A stretch of DNA of 64,000 nt from Alphaproteobacteria bacterium (lineage in GTDB: Bacteria; Pseudomonadota; Alphaproteobacteria; SHVV01): positions 3,488,001-3,552,000 of the forward strand of contig OZ253470.1 in assembly GCA_965261735.1 (NCBI GenBank). The letters run 5' to 3'. The stretch's first letter is position 1. Each line of letters begins with the position of its first letter. Below the pieces are notes generated by a model. It did not search any database, was not told the DNA's origin, and was given only the letters and a program-made list of their open reading frames with translations. Shown here one piece after another: positions 63,671 through 64,000 of the stretch. Both the position numbers and the translations under genes were made by a program.

Positions 63671-63795
63671 CTTGCCTATCCGGTTTACAGGCGCTGGCGC
63701 GTGAGGCCCTGGGGTCGCTGGTCGAGCAGCTGAGGATGGCCCAGACACAGATCCTCGATCTTGAGAAGCAACTGAAGGCCTGGCATCGCACCAAT
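63671..63795 (+). mobile_element. Isolated IS1595 IR followed by an IS110 transposase fragment
   Basis: CTTGCCTATCCGGTTTACA at 63671, then ALAREALGSLVEQLRMAQTQILDLEKQLKAWHRTN. Confidence 0.55.
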
Positions 63796-64000
63796 CTTGC
63801 CTATCCGGTTTACACCCACACCCACTAGGGCTAGAATGGGCGCAACCCGGATATAGGGGAGCGCGCCATGGATGTTCTCGACCGCGCCGATCTCCCATTC
63901 CCGCATTCGCTACCCGAGTTCCAGCGACTTTTCCCCGATGATGCGGCCTGCGCCGCCTACCTGGAGAAAGCCCGCTGGGGAGACGGCTTTGCCTGCCCGC
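63796..64000 (+). mobile_element. IS1595 copy 4 (runs off the window; ORF from 63868)
   Basis: Same left IR and MDVLDRADLPFPH start. Confidence 0.92.

Noticed and set aside
1-64000. Retron, DGR or group II intron
   Set aside because: No reverse transcriptase motif (YxDD in an RT context) was seen. The NucS duplicates differ at few sites with no adenine-specific pattern.

Overview
This GC-rich window looks alphaproteobacterial (inference from the tRNA-fMet fragment and the NnrS and ParB types) and is almost entirely accessory DNA. The left half (to about 30.3 kb) is the right end of an island integrated at a tRNA-Met(CAT) gene. It has a tyrosine integrase beside the 3' tRNA duplicate (att), a ParB plus GHKL-ATPase backbone, and defence-type cargo. 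The cargo is an intact SNF2 helicase-DUF4391-Mod-Res type III R-M operon, two NucS-like nucleases, an EEP nuclease, a TIR-domain protein and a DUF4160/DUF2442 toxin-antitoxin (TA) pair. The right half is heavily eroded and IS-saturated (IS1595, IS256, IS6, IS3, IS5, IS1380, ISKra4-like, ISL3 and IS110 pieces, plus three MITE families). It contains a decayed type IIG R-M gene, HU, a TonB-dependent receptor, HigBA, an inverted duplicate of one NucS-like gene, phage terminase/HNH relics and two secreted proteins. No CRISPR array, rRNA or complete tRNA was seen. Family names come from motif recognition by eye, not from database searches.
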